A DNA stretch of 61,906 nucleotides, the filler included, from Sphacelaria rigidula (Eukaryota): the NCBI GenBank assembly GCA_964200075.2. It is 9 parts of 9 records of this genome, joined end to end, with 100 filler letters (N's around TTAATTAATTAA, not from the genome) between each part and the next. Parts side by side here need not be neighbours in the genome. Positions count along the whole stretch, not along the records: positions 1 to 6,791 come from CAXNAA020018066.1; positions 6,892 to 13,682 come from CAXNAA020018067.1; 7 more parts are not named here. The stretch is one strand, 5' to 3'. Shown piece after piece: positions 1 through 11,965 of the stretch. Each line of letters begins with the position of its first letter. Positions within the stretch are counted from its first letter, which is position 1. The notes under the pieces were generated by a model. It made no database searches, was not told where the DNA came from, and saw nothing but the letters and a program-made list of their open reading frames with translations. The translations under genes and the position numbers were made by a program.

Positions 1-228
1 GCAAAGGAAACAAAAAAAAAAATATCGGTGGCTGGAAAAAACACAAACCCCCCCCCCCCCCCCCCCCCCGTCATACTATACAAAGTAACGATAAGTAGCG
101 ATATATTCGATATCCGCCGACCGCACAAACCCTTCTGTCAAGCAAGCGCACACCAAAACTCGGTGTCTCGGATCGAACAACATGTATACATCGGTATTCA
201 TATGTTCCGCCTCGTACATATGATGCAG

Positions 229-576
229 TTATGTGCTCGAGCACACTATCCGCACGCTCGCTCGCCTGGGATTCATGACCTTCTCCATGAACTTCTGTCC
301 CAGATTAGGCCTGGCGAGTCGCCTCCATCCCAACCCCCCGATTTGCGCTTCCAAGCTCTCGGCCGCAGGAAGACCCGGCGGCGGTACGAAAGCTCCCCCG
401 GGACCCTTAGAAATCTCGGTCAGAGACAGTGGAGGTACGCACGACTGTTTCGGCTGCTTGTTGCCGAAGCCCTCCTGCTCCTGTAGCGCGTCCGCGGCAA
501 GCACGGCGGCAACAACCGGCACGCACAGATTCGCGTTTTCAGTGAGAAGCAGGTTGATGACAACGTTTTGATTTTC
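229..576 (-). CDS. Putative terminal exon of an unidentified protein (ENQNVVINLLLTENANL...VCSST*)
   Basis: Open 116-codon frame ending in a stop, preceded by a CAG acceptor at 577-579. Phase 0 fits the candidate exon at 2534-2665. Confidence 0.4.
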   Translation of the reverse strand, partial: ENQNVVINLLLTENANLCVPVVAAVLAADALQEQEGFGNKQPKQSCVPPLSLTEISKGPGGAFVPPPGLPAAESLEAQIGGLGWRRLARPNLGQKFMEKVMNPRRASVRIVCSST

Positions 577-2533
577 CTGCCTACTGAAGTGTCGCACTCT
601 GTTTAATGGTTGCAAGCGATCTTCAACAGCAATACATGATAGGTGCTGCCATGACGCGGCCGTCTGCTTGGTAGAGCTGTAACAACTGAAGGCGGAAAGT
701 TGAGGGTTCGCATGTGGGCAAATTTGTGCCCCCCCCCCCCCCGGCAGAAGTACCTGGTTTCCGTCATCAAAAACGTGGGGACGGGGGTAGCGAGAAACAG
801 GTTTAACGGAAGCCGACGACGCCGGTGCGGGGGTGCTGACTCCATCCGCGATACCAAAATGTAAGGCTTGACCGGGGGCACTCATGGTCTTGCGTGCCGT
901 AGTCGTAAGACAATTGATCTTCCATGGCTACAAAGCGGAGACGAAGCATCCCAGGTTTTCGCCAGACCATGCTCGCAATCGCCAAGCGCGAAGCGCGGAG
1001 ATGTGTATGAAGCGTGAGCTTCATCCTGAGCAAATTGCTCGATCCAAAGAGTTCTATCTATGTTGCATACAGATGACAGTCTTCAATGAGTTGCATCATT
1101 TTCTGGCATCGTCACTTCCAGAGAGAGTGCCTCACCGTTTAAACACTACGTAGTACGATCAGCCCCTTTGCGTGGAGTTCAGGTTCTCCACCCCACACAA
1201 TTTGATCTCACTCGGCCACCGTCATGGTTACCGCAAAAACGCAAGCGAAAAATAAACGGTGACCCGGTTGCCTACCTTACGTAGTGGGCGGCATATTTTA
1301 CAGCGTCAATGCCGACCGACATACTCATTCATGAATAGATAGTTGGTGCTGTTTTGTTTTTCCCCTGATCGTTAAGCGTAGACATTGCAACCGCGTAACG
1401 TTAGACATTTCATGACCGGTTTGCGTGGACAAAGTACAGCGCCTTTGTTTGGATTATGACTGACCATCAACGTGGACTTAACCCCTTGGTATCGGTATGC
1501 GGTGCTCACGTCGTGTCCCGAAAAAATCGCCAGTCTTTCTGACCGACCACGGGCAGGGCACCTTGACATGGGATCCACCCGCTGTCTTGTTAATAGTGTC
1601 GTCGTGATTATTTTGCGTTGGCATTATGTCTTCAATCTGAGCGTTTTGGTTTGGTGAGTGCGGCGTGAAGCGTATTTTTGACGTCGGTTGTCGCGGTGCA
1701 TCGCCAACAGCGCGTCAGATGTATTGTCATATCTTCGAAAATAATACCTGCTATCGGGCTCCCACTTCACAAGGTCCATGTGTCTGAGCAAACACGCTGA
1801 TTATATTGGATGCTAGATGTTACGGCAGAAAAATCCTCTGGATATGGACATTGGAAATGCGGGGCTCAAGCTATGTTCCGAAACCCGACAACCTTGTTGA
1901 CCGACGGGCTTGGAAGATTTGTCCGTTGCAGTTTCTTCCAAGTAGCGAGTGCGACAAGAAAAAATATCGGAGCGACAAACGGGAACGATTAATGAAAGAA
2001 AAATATTTACAATGCCAACTGCACACGCATGCAACAATAGCACCACCAAAATAAACATCGGTACAGCATATTGACAAAGGTTGGTGTTGTGTTTTTTATG
2101 GGGGAACATCGTTAATAGGAACAAAAAGAGGATGAAGACAAAAATTGAAGAAAAAACGTTCAAACGATAACTTCAGTCTTGCGCGTTCACTCAACATTTT
2201 CTTTCGCAAATTTGAGAGAAAACCAACGGAAGGACATAAGTAATTATATGCATTGGGCACACCGTACGAAAGCTGGCAACTGTGGCTTTCCAACGCTGGT
2301 AGTTTCGTCCTCAGGCGTATCGTACAGCATGCAAGAGGTCAGGATGGTCATGACAGCACTGTTTTCCGTACGGGGGGAGAAACGCCGTCCCAACATCTAT
2401 ATAGAGGCATGCAAACGTCATATTTGATGAAAACCTTGGAATATGAGCGAGGGAGCTCTCGAAGCCGTTTTTCAGATTTTGAAGATGCGCGCAAGATATG
2501 ATAATAACATCTTGTTTGAAATGGTGCAACCAC

Positions 2534-2665
2534 CTTCAGTCTTCGTCGCCGCTTGGCAACGCGGATCTTGCGTTTGTCTGCATGATCCTGCGGCAGCGGT
2601 CCCGGAGGCTCGAGCGTATCTCCTCGCTCTCCGTCACTATCAGAAGCATCGTCGTATTCCTCGAG
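2534..2665 (-). CDS. Putative internal exon of the same unidentified gene (LEEYDDASDSDGERGDTLEPPGPLPQDHADKRKIRVAKRRRRLK)
   Basis: 132 nt, bounded by an AAG acceptor and a GTGGTT donor, phase 0-0. Encodes an acidic then strongly basic peptide. Confidence 0.45.
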
Positions 2666-5600
2666 CTTGACTCATGAAACGTTAACCCAGGTGCAGAGGT
2701 TGGCCGGCGGTGGAGAAGGGGAAAGGGACGGGCGGGGGGGGGGGTTGATACGTTGATATATTCACTCTCAGACGCCGTTCCGGCGCCTGACATAAGAATC
2801 AGATTGAGTTTGGGGTTCCAAGGGTAACAGAGTTCGGTTCGTCAAGTGCGGTGGGATTTCAGACGTAGCAAGTTTGAACGCACGAGTGCCAGCCTGATTT
2901 TTGCACCTAAATACCGTCAAGCCTTAGGTTTGAATCGTTGTAAGTCCGAACCCACCTTCACATGTTTTTCCGAGGAGAAGAAAAGATCGTTCAGAGTGGT
3001 CCTGACCCTATCACGACGGGTATGCGTAAAACTGCTGCCGGTCGCGGAGGTGTCCTGTGGTTCTCGTGAGTGTGTGTGTTGGAGCGTACTCATTTGTTGC
3101 TTGCCTTAGTTGTTTGACCATTGACCACGCATCCCTTTCGAGGCGGACCATTGTGTGTATGTGTTCGGGGGGGGGGAGGGGGAGGGTGTCCTCTGTTTGT
3201 TTCAGAGCGTCATTTTTTGTTCCGTCTCCAATTTATTTTCGTGAAGGAGTTTTTTTTCATCAGGTTTGGGAAGCATCGCACAGCGCACATGCACTCTTAT
3301 GTCCTCGTCCGATCAACATGATGGCGTTTGGCATAGCACAGAGCGCCGAGCGTTTCGGAAACCGCACTCCCTCGAAGACATACATTTTGGGACACAGGAT
3401 GGGCAAGACAAAGGGACAAAGGCTGGGTGAAGGGGCCAAACCTGTCAGTGAGAGGCAAGAACTTTCCCCGAAACGCTGACTTGATGGGTATAGCAGTGGG
3501 GGAGAGAAAATAGCCATCGGTTGGCCCAAGTGTTTGAAAACGTACGCCTTCATTTGAATTCGTACAATCGTATAGGGCAAACAGCTCATGCCTGGCGCCT
3601 ACAGACGTGCAAGTCAACTTCCCGGTTATCGTCCTATTGGCAGCGAATTGGCGCACAATGCTTCACCTGTGCAGTCATTTCTACCGGCAGCTTGTGAGGG
3701 TAGGTTAATACATCACTTGGCATAAATGTACCAAACTAATGGTTTTTACTGTCGGTGCCTCTGTGCTGTACTTGACTCGGGGGCTCGTGCCCTCTGACCT
3801 AGATGGGTTTTGGAGAACCACAAACTTTCGCGCCAACTACTCTCACGTCGTGATCAAACAACTGAAAACAAAACATCTCGTAATTCCGCACTAGTCTGAA
3901 CGCATATACAATGATGCTGATAAAAATGGTGTTCATCTCCACTCGATACTCCAACAAGATGCAGTACTGTGGTTGTTCGGCGCTATTTATTGCACCATGA
4001 CATATGACCATGGCTGAATTCCTAGCAGATCAGCTAGTGTGTGGCAATCATTCAATCAATCAACCAATGATCGATGCTGTAATATGAGAAAGATATACGT
4101 GAAAAAACATTTCTTTGCTTCATAGATGTACTTTACTTTTCCATGGTTAACTTTGAGAACCTTCATGGTATCCACCGATTCCAAGACTTGAAATACCATC
4201 ATTACCCTCCATCCCGACCAATTTCCAGGGGATATTTCAGCCGACCCAAACGAATAGCTCCGACGAAAATTGCTGTTAGCACACGCGATTTGTCTGCAAT
4301 GATAATGGTATTAATACATTCTCGATGAGATATTGAAATAAAAATATTAAAAAAAGCACACATACGCACTACGCTATCCTGCACCTACTGTATACTATTT
4401 ACGCCACTGCACACTGCACTGCGCTATATACGCTACTGCGCACTGCACTGTGTGTGTTGTGTGTGTGCTGTTGTCCCATCTATTCTGCACTGCACTTTAC
4501 TTTCCGTGAAATCATGCTATACATTATCTGAAGCATATGAGCGTACATGCTGCACTTTATACTATAATTAAGGAAGGTATGCTATACTGTGCCCCGACAT
4601 AGAAAGATCGCACACTATGCATGTGCCTATACCACAACTGCTTGCTGATCCCGATAGACCGCATCATTCATCCGATGCTAATGTCGAAACAACAGTTTTT
4701 CATGAGTACATTTGGACACGGAACTCTTCGCCACAAGCTGCTGGCAACAAGGACTGCATACCGCTGTCTAGTTCAAGACGTAAATACACGGCCGATAGGA
4801 TGACGGCGATACTCGGACGTTAACTCGCAATACTTCACGAGACAATCGTGAACTTTCTCGGGTATAATCTTGTCTAACTCGGAAATATGCCGCGGAAGCC
4901 CCCTCCTCCCCCCTCGGGAGGGGGAAGAAACTATCGCGAAGAAATAGCCATTGAGCGCATCGAGATGATGGATTGTTTTTCAGAGACAAGGGCTTGGAAG
5001 TTATCATGAAGAGCGCAAGTAGCTGGTTCCTGAAATCAGGTTTCTTGGGGATTATTTTAAATAGTGCAATCAAAGGCTGGTTTCAGGAACCAGGTATTCG
5101 AATTTGCGTCGAAGAATGCAAATACCGTTACCCTCAGAAACCAGATCTAAACCCCTCACATACATGCGAACTGTGACGGTTTTCTACTGACAAGTCAGCG
5201 CTGACTGGTCAGTAGTCTAGTTGGTTGTCTCTTAAACCGTCACAGAACCCTGCCTCGGTCCCCATTCCACTTTTCCGGGCAGGGGCTATCGCAGCATTAT
5301 TGCTTGATACACACAGACCCATCGATCTCACATACCCGAATGGAAGGCCTCCATGGACGCAGGTTTCCATGACTGCTTGCTCTGCGTACAGTAGTGACCC
5401 TTCTCTACATAAAATGAATTAGATGCTACCGACTGCGTCATATGGACTGAAGAGTTGGCAATCTCGAACCAGTCTTGCGGAACAAACTGTGCTCAATCGC
5501 ACAAGTTTGCTTCAGTGGGTAGGGGAGGGCCCAACAATGTCGAATGGTGCAACTGCAGTGTTGTAGATTGGAATGAAGCCGGTTCGATTTCCCGTTGTTG

Positions 5601-5961
5601 GATGCGTTTGAGATATTTTTGTCCTGAAAAGAAGTATACGCTTTTCGTCGTTAAAAATGCGAGGACGAGAGCAGTAAACCTGATTATTTCACGAGTGTCT
5701 AAGCGGTGCGGGAGGGGTGCTGATTCCATCCGCAACCCCAAAATGTATCGCGTGTGCTTGGGGTAAACTCGCGATCTTGCATGCCATAGTCATATGAACA
5801 CTGACCTCGCAGGCGTGTGCCGGGGCAGAGATGAGTTGATTCCTGGAGACCACGGGCCCGTCTCAAAGAAGGGGAAGGGTTTGAAGTGTGACGAATATAT
5901 ATATATACATACACACACCTATTGCGCTCAAGGTGTTCTGGCGCGGTCCTCAACAGCTCAC

Positions 5962-6063
5962 CTCTATCTGTTCCCTATTGTCGTCTTCTTCCTCCTCGTC
6001 TTCGTGGTCCTCTTTTTGTTGTTCGTTTTTCGGTCGCCGATGGCCACCACCGTCCCACGACAT
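5962..6063 (-). CDS. Putative first/upstream exon of the same unidentified gene (MSWDGGG...EDEEEEDDNREQIE)
   Basis: Strong GAG|GTGAGC donor at 5961 in phase 0. The acidic tract continues into the 2534-2665 exon. The 5' boundary is uncertain. Confidence 0.4.
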
Positions 6064-6791
6064 CACCGACACCACCGGGTTTCGAACATGGAACCAACAC
6101 ATGAAAAAGAGAGAACAGGTTATCATCGGGCAAGATGTGCTAACCGTAAGCAGGTACTGTATGTTTTTAAAACGCGGGGACCGAAACAGACGCAAGGGCC
6201 ATACCACCCCCTCCAGCGCTTCGGTCAATCCGCCGGTCTTTCGCGTTTTGTCCAGGAATATAAGCACCAACAAGTCAGGACCAGATTTCCTCACAGCCCC
6301 GTAAATTTGTACACAATGCCACGTGGCGCTCGTGTCGAAAATGCCACAGACATACTTCAAGATCCTGGATGTAACAACCCTCGGCAGACCAAACCCAAGT
6401 GAGCACCCACCATCCCGCTCTATCCCTTCGTGTTGGCGGGGCTGAAATCTGTGTATTATGCTCATAGTACCTACACGCGTCTCACTTTTCGCTCCCACGT
6501 GTCATACGTATCAACATTCTAGATAATCATTATCGCAAAAGGACAGCCTCAAACCCTGCCGACTCTCCCCTTCCCCCATGCGCACGCTGTCCTTACTCTA
6601 GACGACTGCAAGGTCCGCCCCCTGTTGGTCAGGCGCTGTAGACATTGGTCACGTACCAGCCATGGACCCTTGATCCTGACGCAATAATGTGCGGTAATCA
6701 CTGCTTCCGAGGAACGTATGCTCCTTGCCCTCCCCCCCCCCCCCCTGCCCGCGAAAACCCCCCGCCCACCCCCCCGCCACGGGCAGCCGAC

Positions 6792-6891
6792 NNNNNNNNN
6801 NNNNNNNNNNNNNNNNNNNNNNNNNNNNNNNNNNNTTAATTAATTAANNNNNNNNNNNNNNNNNNNNNNNNNNNNNNNNNNNNNNNNNNNN
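6792..6891. other. Artificial contig-joining spacer (N44-TTAATTAATTAA-N44); identical spacers at 13683-13782, 20573-20672, 27462-27561, 34351-34450, 41240-41339, 48129-48228, 55018-55117
   Basis: Eight identical 100-nt spacers carry a six-frame stop linker. The intervening segments are 6791, 6791, 6790 and then 6789 nt long, as expected for size-sorted contigs. Confidence 0.99.
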
Positions 6892-8320
6892 AGGGATGCG
6901 AGGTCAACGGTCTGATGACTGTGGCATGCATGATCATGAGTACCCCCATGCGAGGTCAATGGTTTGATGACTATGGCGTGCATGATCATGAGTACACCCC
7001 CCCCCTCCCCCCTCCCCCTCCCGGTACAGTATACAGTACATGCCTTACGCTTTGGCATGTATCGCGGATTGGACCAGCACTCCAGCACCCTTTCGTCGAT
7101 GTTGGGGTTGACGTGACCCTCGATACATTTTGTTTTTTTGAAGATATCCTCTTCTTTTTTTCCGCAGTCAAGTCACGACACGTGAGTGACTATTCTCGTT
7201 TTTTTGCTGGTGCTCCAGGGCGCGCGATCATTAAATTGGGTCTCGTACAGTGTAACTTCTTTTTCAACCGAGCAATTTTTTCTCCATTCGTTATATGAGC
7301 TGGGCCGGCTATCAGTAATATTTGAACGAAGAGTGGAGATGCGATTGGCAATTCGAAGATCAGGCGCTGTAATTTTGATTCGACATATTTATCATAATCA
7401 ATCCGCGCAATCCTGTGAGTGGAGTAAAGGAAACAAAACAAAAACAGGAAGTTAGAGCGAGTTGAAGGTACAGCGCAGTTTCAAGTAGTACTTCTCGGTG
7501 ATATACAGCAGTTGGCTCGGAGGTTCTCTCCCATAATGGAGCTTATGACGAGCTTGATGCCATATTCCAGCACTACCAGTGTGCTCTTACCTGGGCATGT
7601 CGGGTGTGCGTGTGCCTATGCGGCGCAACGCTCTATCGTAATCCCACCGCGTATTGTGAAACGAAACCTCTCCAGCCATGTTGTCACGCGACGGCAAGAG
7701 ATGTACCCGGTAGTCAATGCAGTACAATAACATCATCGCCAAAACTGCGCCAATCAAGCAGCGGCGGTGCCGTGTGTTACCAGGTTAGTCTGCAATTCAC
7801 AGCGATATGCTCAAGTCGCGCTGATTGGGTAAACTTGAGAAGTTGTAGTGCGGAGAGAGAATGTGGGATTTACTGCCGGTCCAGATCGTGGGAAATAGGA
7901 AATGCAACGCTCCGGGATACATGAAGAGTCAATTGCATATTCTATTTTCCGTACAAAGTGGAAGAGATTCGCTTCGTTAGGAACCGTCCTCATGCATTCA
8001 TTTACCCGAAGGAGAGGATGATGGGTTTGAAAGCAACCTGCACGTTGCACGTATTTATCACTTTATGCCTGTCTTGAATGTCGATTTTACGTAGAATCGT
8101 CTCGCTCGCCTCGCCTCGCCTCGCCTCGCCTTCGCGTGCTCTCATTTTTTTCCTTCTTGTATTTCGTTTCGTTTTTACTTGCTTTTCCTCTTCATATATA
8201 TATATATATATTTTTTTTTTCTTCGTTTTTCGATCTTTGTTTTCCTTTTATCTTCCCCCCCCCCCCCCTTTTTTTCTCATTTCTGTTCTCTCTTTTTTTT
8301 CTCTTGTTCTTGTTACACAG

Positions 8321-8467
8321 TTGGTACACCAGGACCCGAACAAGGCTCATCTCACGGCGGAGGTGGTGATGCCCGTGATGCCCGACGTTGCTCTGTGGCC
8401 CAATACGTACACAACGGTCATGTTCGACAAGGACCCCGCAGCCGACGAAACGGTCAAGGGATCAGAG
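8321..8467 (+). CDS. PAF1: RNA polymerase II-associated factor 1 (Paf1 complex subunit), internal exon
   Basis: LVHQDPNKAHLTAEVVMPVMPDVALWPNTYTTVMFDKDPA matches the Paf1 motif H..K....VEVMPVFPD...W.N....V.FD.DPA. Polypyrimidine tract plus CAG acceptor, GTGCGT donor, 147 nt, phase 0-0. Confidence 0.85.
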
Positions 8468-9900
8468 GTGCGTTACTTTGTTCAACGGGGTCCCCGAGTT
8501 TATTTTTCCCACGCTATTATTGGTCCGGCTTGTTTACATTGATCGGGTGCGTCCATTTTTTACCACGGCTGGATCCCCGGAGGGTCAGTCAATCGAAGAG
8601 GGTAGGGAACGAGGGGGGGGGCAGGGAGGGGGGAGGGTGTACTCATGATCATGCATGCCGTTGTCATAAGGCCATTGATCGCGCATCCTTTTCGAGGCGG
8701 AGCAATTTAGAGGGGGGGGTGGGAGGGAGGGGGGGTATTCATGATCCTGCGTGCCATAGTCATCTGAGCATTGACCTCCCATCCCTACAAAGCTGGGACG
8801 GAGCACGCCGGGCTTTCGCGGGACCAGGCTCGCAATTAATAACCAAGCGCGATTCGTGGTGATGTGTTGGGCGTGTTGCATGAAGGGTCATTATCGGTCC
8901 GAAGCATACTGATGATGTGGTACTGGGCGCATGAACTATTTTTTGTTCAGAAGTTTCTTTGTTCTCGTGACTACTCTTCGATAGAACTCGAAAGTGCTAG
9001 CGTGATTTTGGTCAAATAAACAGATTGTTTCCCCCGCCAGTGCCCAAGTGAGTGTTGGTTGATTGTATCGAGCGATACGAGTGGATACCCCGTTTACCAG
9101 GAGGGTGTTATTGACAGTAAAACACAGTTTTTCGGCTTTAGTGCAATGGGTAGGTGAAATAAAAATAAAAACTGTCTGCTTCTTCACAAATATGATTAGG
9201 ACAGGCTCGATCGACCGAAAATACTGATAAGTCAGAACGTGGGCTGAGACGTGTCAGGACCCCCGATGACAGGCCAGCCCGTAAGTCACTCACTCTATTG
9301 AGTATAGTTTTTTTTCTTCTTGGAATGTGGAGCGGATACAAGTGTCTTGAGATCCCCAATGTGATGAGCGGTGGCAAGCGAAAGAGCCTAAGGAAATCGC
9401 AAATTACGAAGAAATTACGACATGAAGAGTTCAGGCGCCCAGTACTGTATTACACTTGAATGTCAGTCTCCAATGAGTTACTTCTGGAAGGGAGCGGGGG
9501 GAGTAGGCGTACTCATTCGTTGCTTGCCGTAGTCGTTTGAGCATTGAATTCGCACCCCTTTCGAGATGGCTAAGAGAGCGGAGTGGGGAGGGGGGTCGAC
9601 GGTCAGCCCTAAGGTCCTCGTGCGGGGCACCAAATGGGTACAAAAAGCAACATCCATTCCTATCGCTGGACGGCTTTTTTGCAACTATCTGCGCAGAAGT
9701 TTAACCTTCTACAATGGGCATGAATTGAACATGTCGAGAACGATATATTTTGTACTGATGAATGTATCTGAAAATATGTTGTTTTTTCTGCATATTTTTA
9801 CTCTTTTTTGCCGGTGCTCACTACGCATGGATCAACAATGGCAGCATCATGCTACGACCTGGTTACGGCCGGAGTGGACGCTTTTTATTATTTTTTTCCC

Positions 9901-10198
9901 CACACTTTGAACCCCTCCCCTCCCTCGGGATGAGTCCGTGGTCGCACGGGATCAACCCATGTCTCCCCCGGTACGCGCCTAACATTTCGGTCTCGCGGAT
10001 TGGGTTAGCACTCCCGCACCGCGTCAACTCATGTTACACAAACCCAGTCGACTACTTTGTTTATTCACGTTCTCACGCTTTCCACGGTGGATATCATACA
10101 TTACGAAGAAAAAACTCAACGCATCGGGAACTGAACCCCCGTTCTCTCCACCCTAATGGCGACGGTTGGACCATTACTCCACCGGGGCGCGGCGGCCG
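9901..10198 (-). mobile_element. tRNA(Pro)-derived ~300-bp SINE-like element; copies at 36336-36585(+), 40748-41077(+), 52770-53071(+), 34770-35050(-), and partial at 818-878(+), 5703-5891(+)
   Basis: The head has an A box (TGGxGTAATGGT), a TTAGGGTG anticodon-loop-like segment as in tRNA-Pro(AGG) and a B box (GGTTCGATTCC). The shared body runs GACGCGGTGCGGG...GAGACCAAAATG...GGGTTCAAAGTGTG. Confidence 0.75.
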
Positions 10199-10299
10199 TT
10201 GGATGCTACAAGAGGATTTTACATTTCTTTTCTTGCATTTTTGTTTTTCGCGTTATTTTTTCGGTGTCATGATGCACGATTCGGACGAATCATCGCCGG

Positions 10300-10545
10300 T
10301 TCGAATAACCACATCCACGATTTTTCAGGTCTGATTGCTCGAAAGAGCGAAAAAAGTCGACCGATGGTGAAAAAGGTTCCTACGCAACTTTTGCGCCATC
10401 CCGCGTGCCTGGGCTGCGCGCGCGTACCTGGGTTGCAACGCTCAAAACAAAGCCCAAGGATTGATTCGTACGGTACGAATCACTTGCACTAAAATCAAGT
10501 AATTTCCAGACGAATCATTTATTCGTCCGACCCGTGTAATGATGG
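10300..10545. repeat. Dispersed ~250-bp repeat, second copy at 35105-35310
   Basis: Shared ACGCAACTTTTGC.CCAT.CC....CTGGGCTGCG...GTACCTGGGTTGCAACGC...GGATTGATT.GT. Confidence 0.8.
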
Positions 10546-11163
10546 GACCTACAGGGAGCTAGCTGCTACGTAAGCAACCATTGTCTCCCACGCGAGAAAA
10601 AAAAAAAGTGAACGAAGAAGAATTCGGTAATCATGAAACCGGACACCAATGATCGATATTATTATCTCTTCAGAAAAAAAATCTTGGTGGACCCCTGTAC
10701 ACCGTCACCGACGTCTCCTATGGAGAATGACGCTCATGCTCAAGCATTGTGAATCTCGGTGCCTGCATAGCTATGGTTTTCGGAACAGAAGCTTGTCCGG
10801 TAGAGGATGTTTGCCTAGGTTGACGGCGTTCCACTACAGTGAGCTCTCCAGCTCTCTAGAAGCTAACATATGGTGCACGATGATTGTAGTGCTTCTTTGC
10901 TCGAAGCATCCGACGTGATTGAGACAGGATTGAACGGGCGTAGTTCTTGTTGATCGTATTGCTTGTTTTCTCTGCTGATTTTTTTGTTGTTCCTTCTTTT
11001 TCTTTCTTTTTTCGTTGTTTCTCATTCTTTTTTCTCCTTTTTTCTAATTACTTTCCCAATTATTTTTTCTCATTATTTTTCTCGTATTTCGTTTCATATT
11101 TATTTTCATATCTCTTTTCATATCTCTTTTAATCTTTTTTCTTCCCTGGTGCTCGCTCTCCAG

Positions 11164-11241
11164 GATCGCAAGCGGAAACGGGCGAACGATGCTCTGGTGT
11201 GCAACGTAAAGAAGACGACCTTCGAGGGCAACGATCACGAG
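11164..11241 (+). CDS. PAF1: Probable next PAF1 exon (DRKRKRANDALVCNVKKTTFEGNDHE)
   Basis: Long polypyrimidine tract plus CAG acceptor, GTGAAC donor, 78 nt, phase 0-0, on the same strand and contig as the PAF1 exon. The peptide itself is not diagnostic. Confidence 0.6.
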
Positions 11242-11965
11242 GTGAACAAATAGGAACAAATCATGTGGAGTATGGCATACATGGAGCATAGCAGGCATGG
11301 AAAATAACGCACGCACGCATGCACGCACGCATGCACGCAAACATACATCGATTTGATTGTCTCACAGTCGCTGATTCGCTCATGTACGAATCCAGACTTT
11401 GTCGCGAAAGATTTGTATCCAATATGTCACGCAGGTATATTGAGTGTGGCGTACAGAAAATAGATGTAATCATTTCACAATTTAATTTTCTTGAAATTGA
11501 TGATTGGAAAATCGTACACCTGCAATATAATTAATTAATTCATTAACTGATTGGTTTTTGAGATTGGTTAGATGATTGGATGGTCGATTGAATTTTATTT
11601 TGGACGAGGGAAAGACGATACAACTAATTAATTATTATATATATTAATTAATTAGTTAATCAATTGGTTGTATGAGCGGAATTTAATGGTTGGAGTTTAT
11701 TGATTTTTTTTTTTGGACAAGGGAAATACAATATTTCCAGCGTGTTCGTTGGTCAAGCTACGCATGAGAATGCCAAGGTGGCGCGTTAGGAATATCCTGT
11801 TGGCCGTATTTGTCCACGTTGTCCATCTCTTAGCGGTAACAATGGTCCGCATAACCTACTCCGTATATTTTTCATGTTTGTGTGTTCGTGTGTTTGTTTG
11901 TTGTTTGTTTCAGGTCGAATTTTGTTTTGTTTCGTTTCTTCTTGAATCCCCTCTGCCCATACCGC

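Noticed and set aside
6836-6847. Regularly spaced TTAATTAATTAA motif every ~6.9 kb
   Set aside because: It is an artificial linker embedded in N runs.
6909-6925. CTGATGA suggesting a hammerhead ribozyme core in the family B tail
   Set aside because: It is not conserved among copies, and no correctly placed GAAA/UH core is present.
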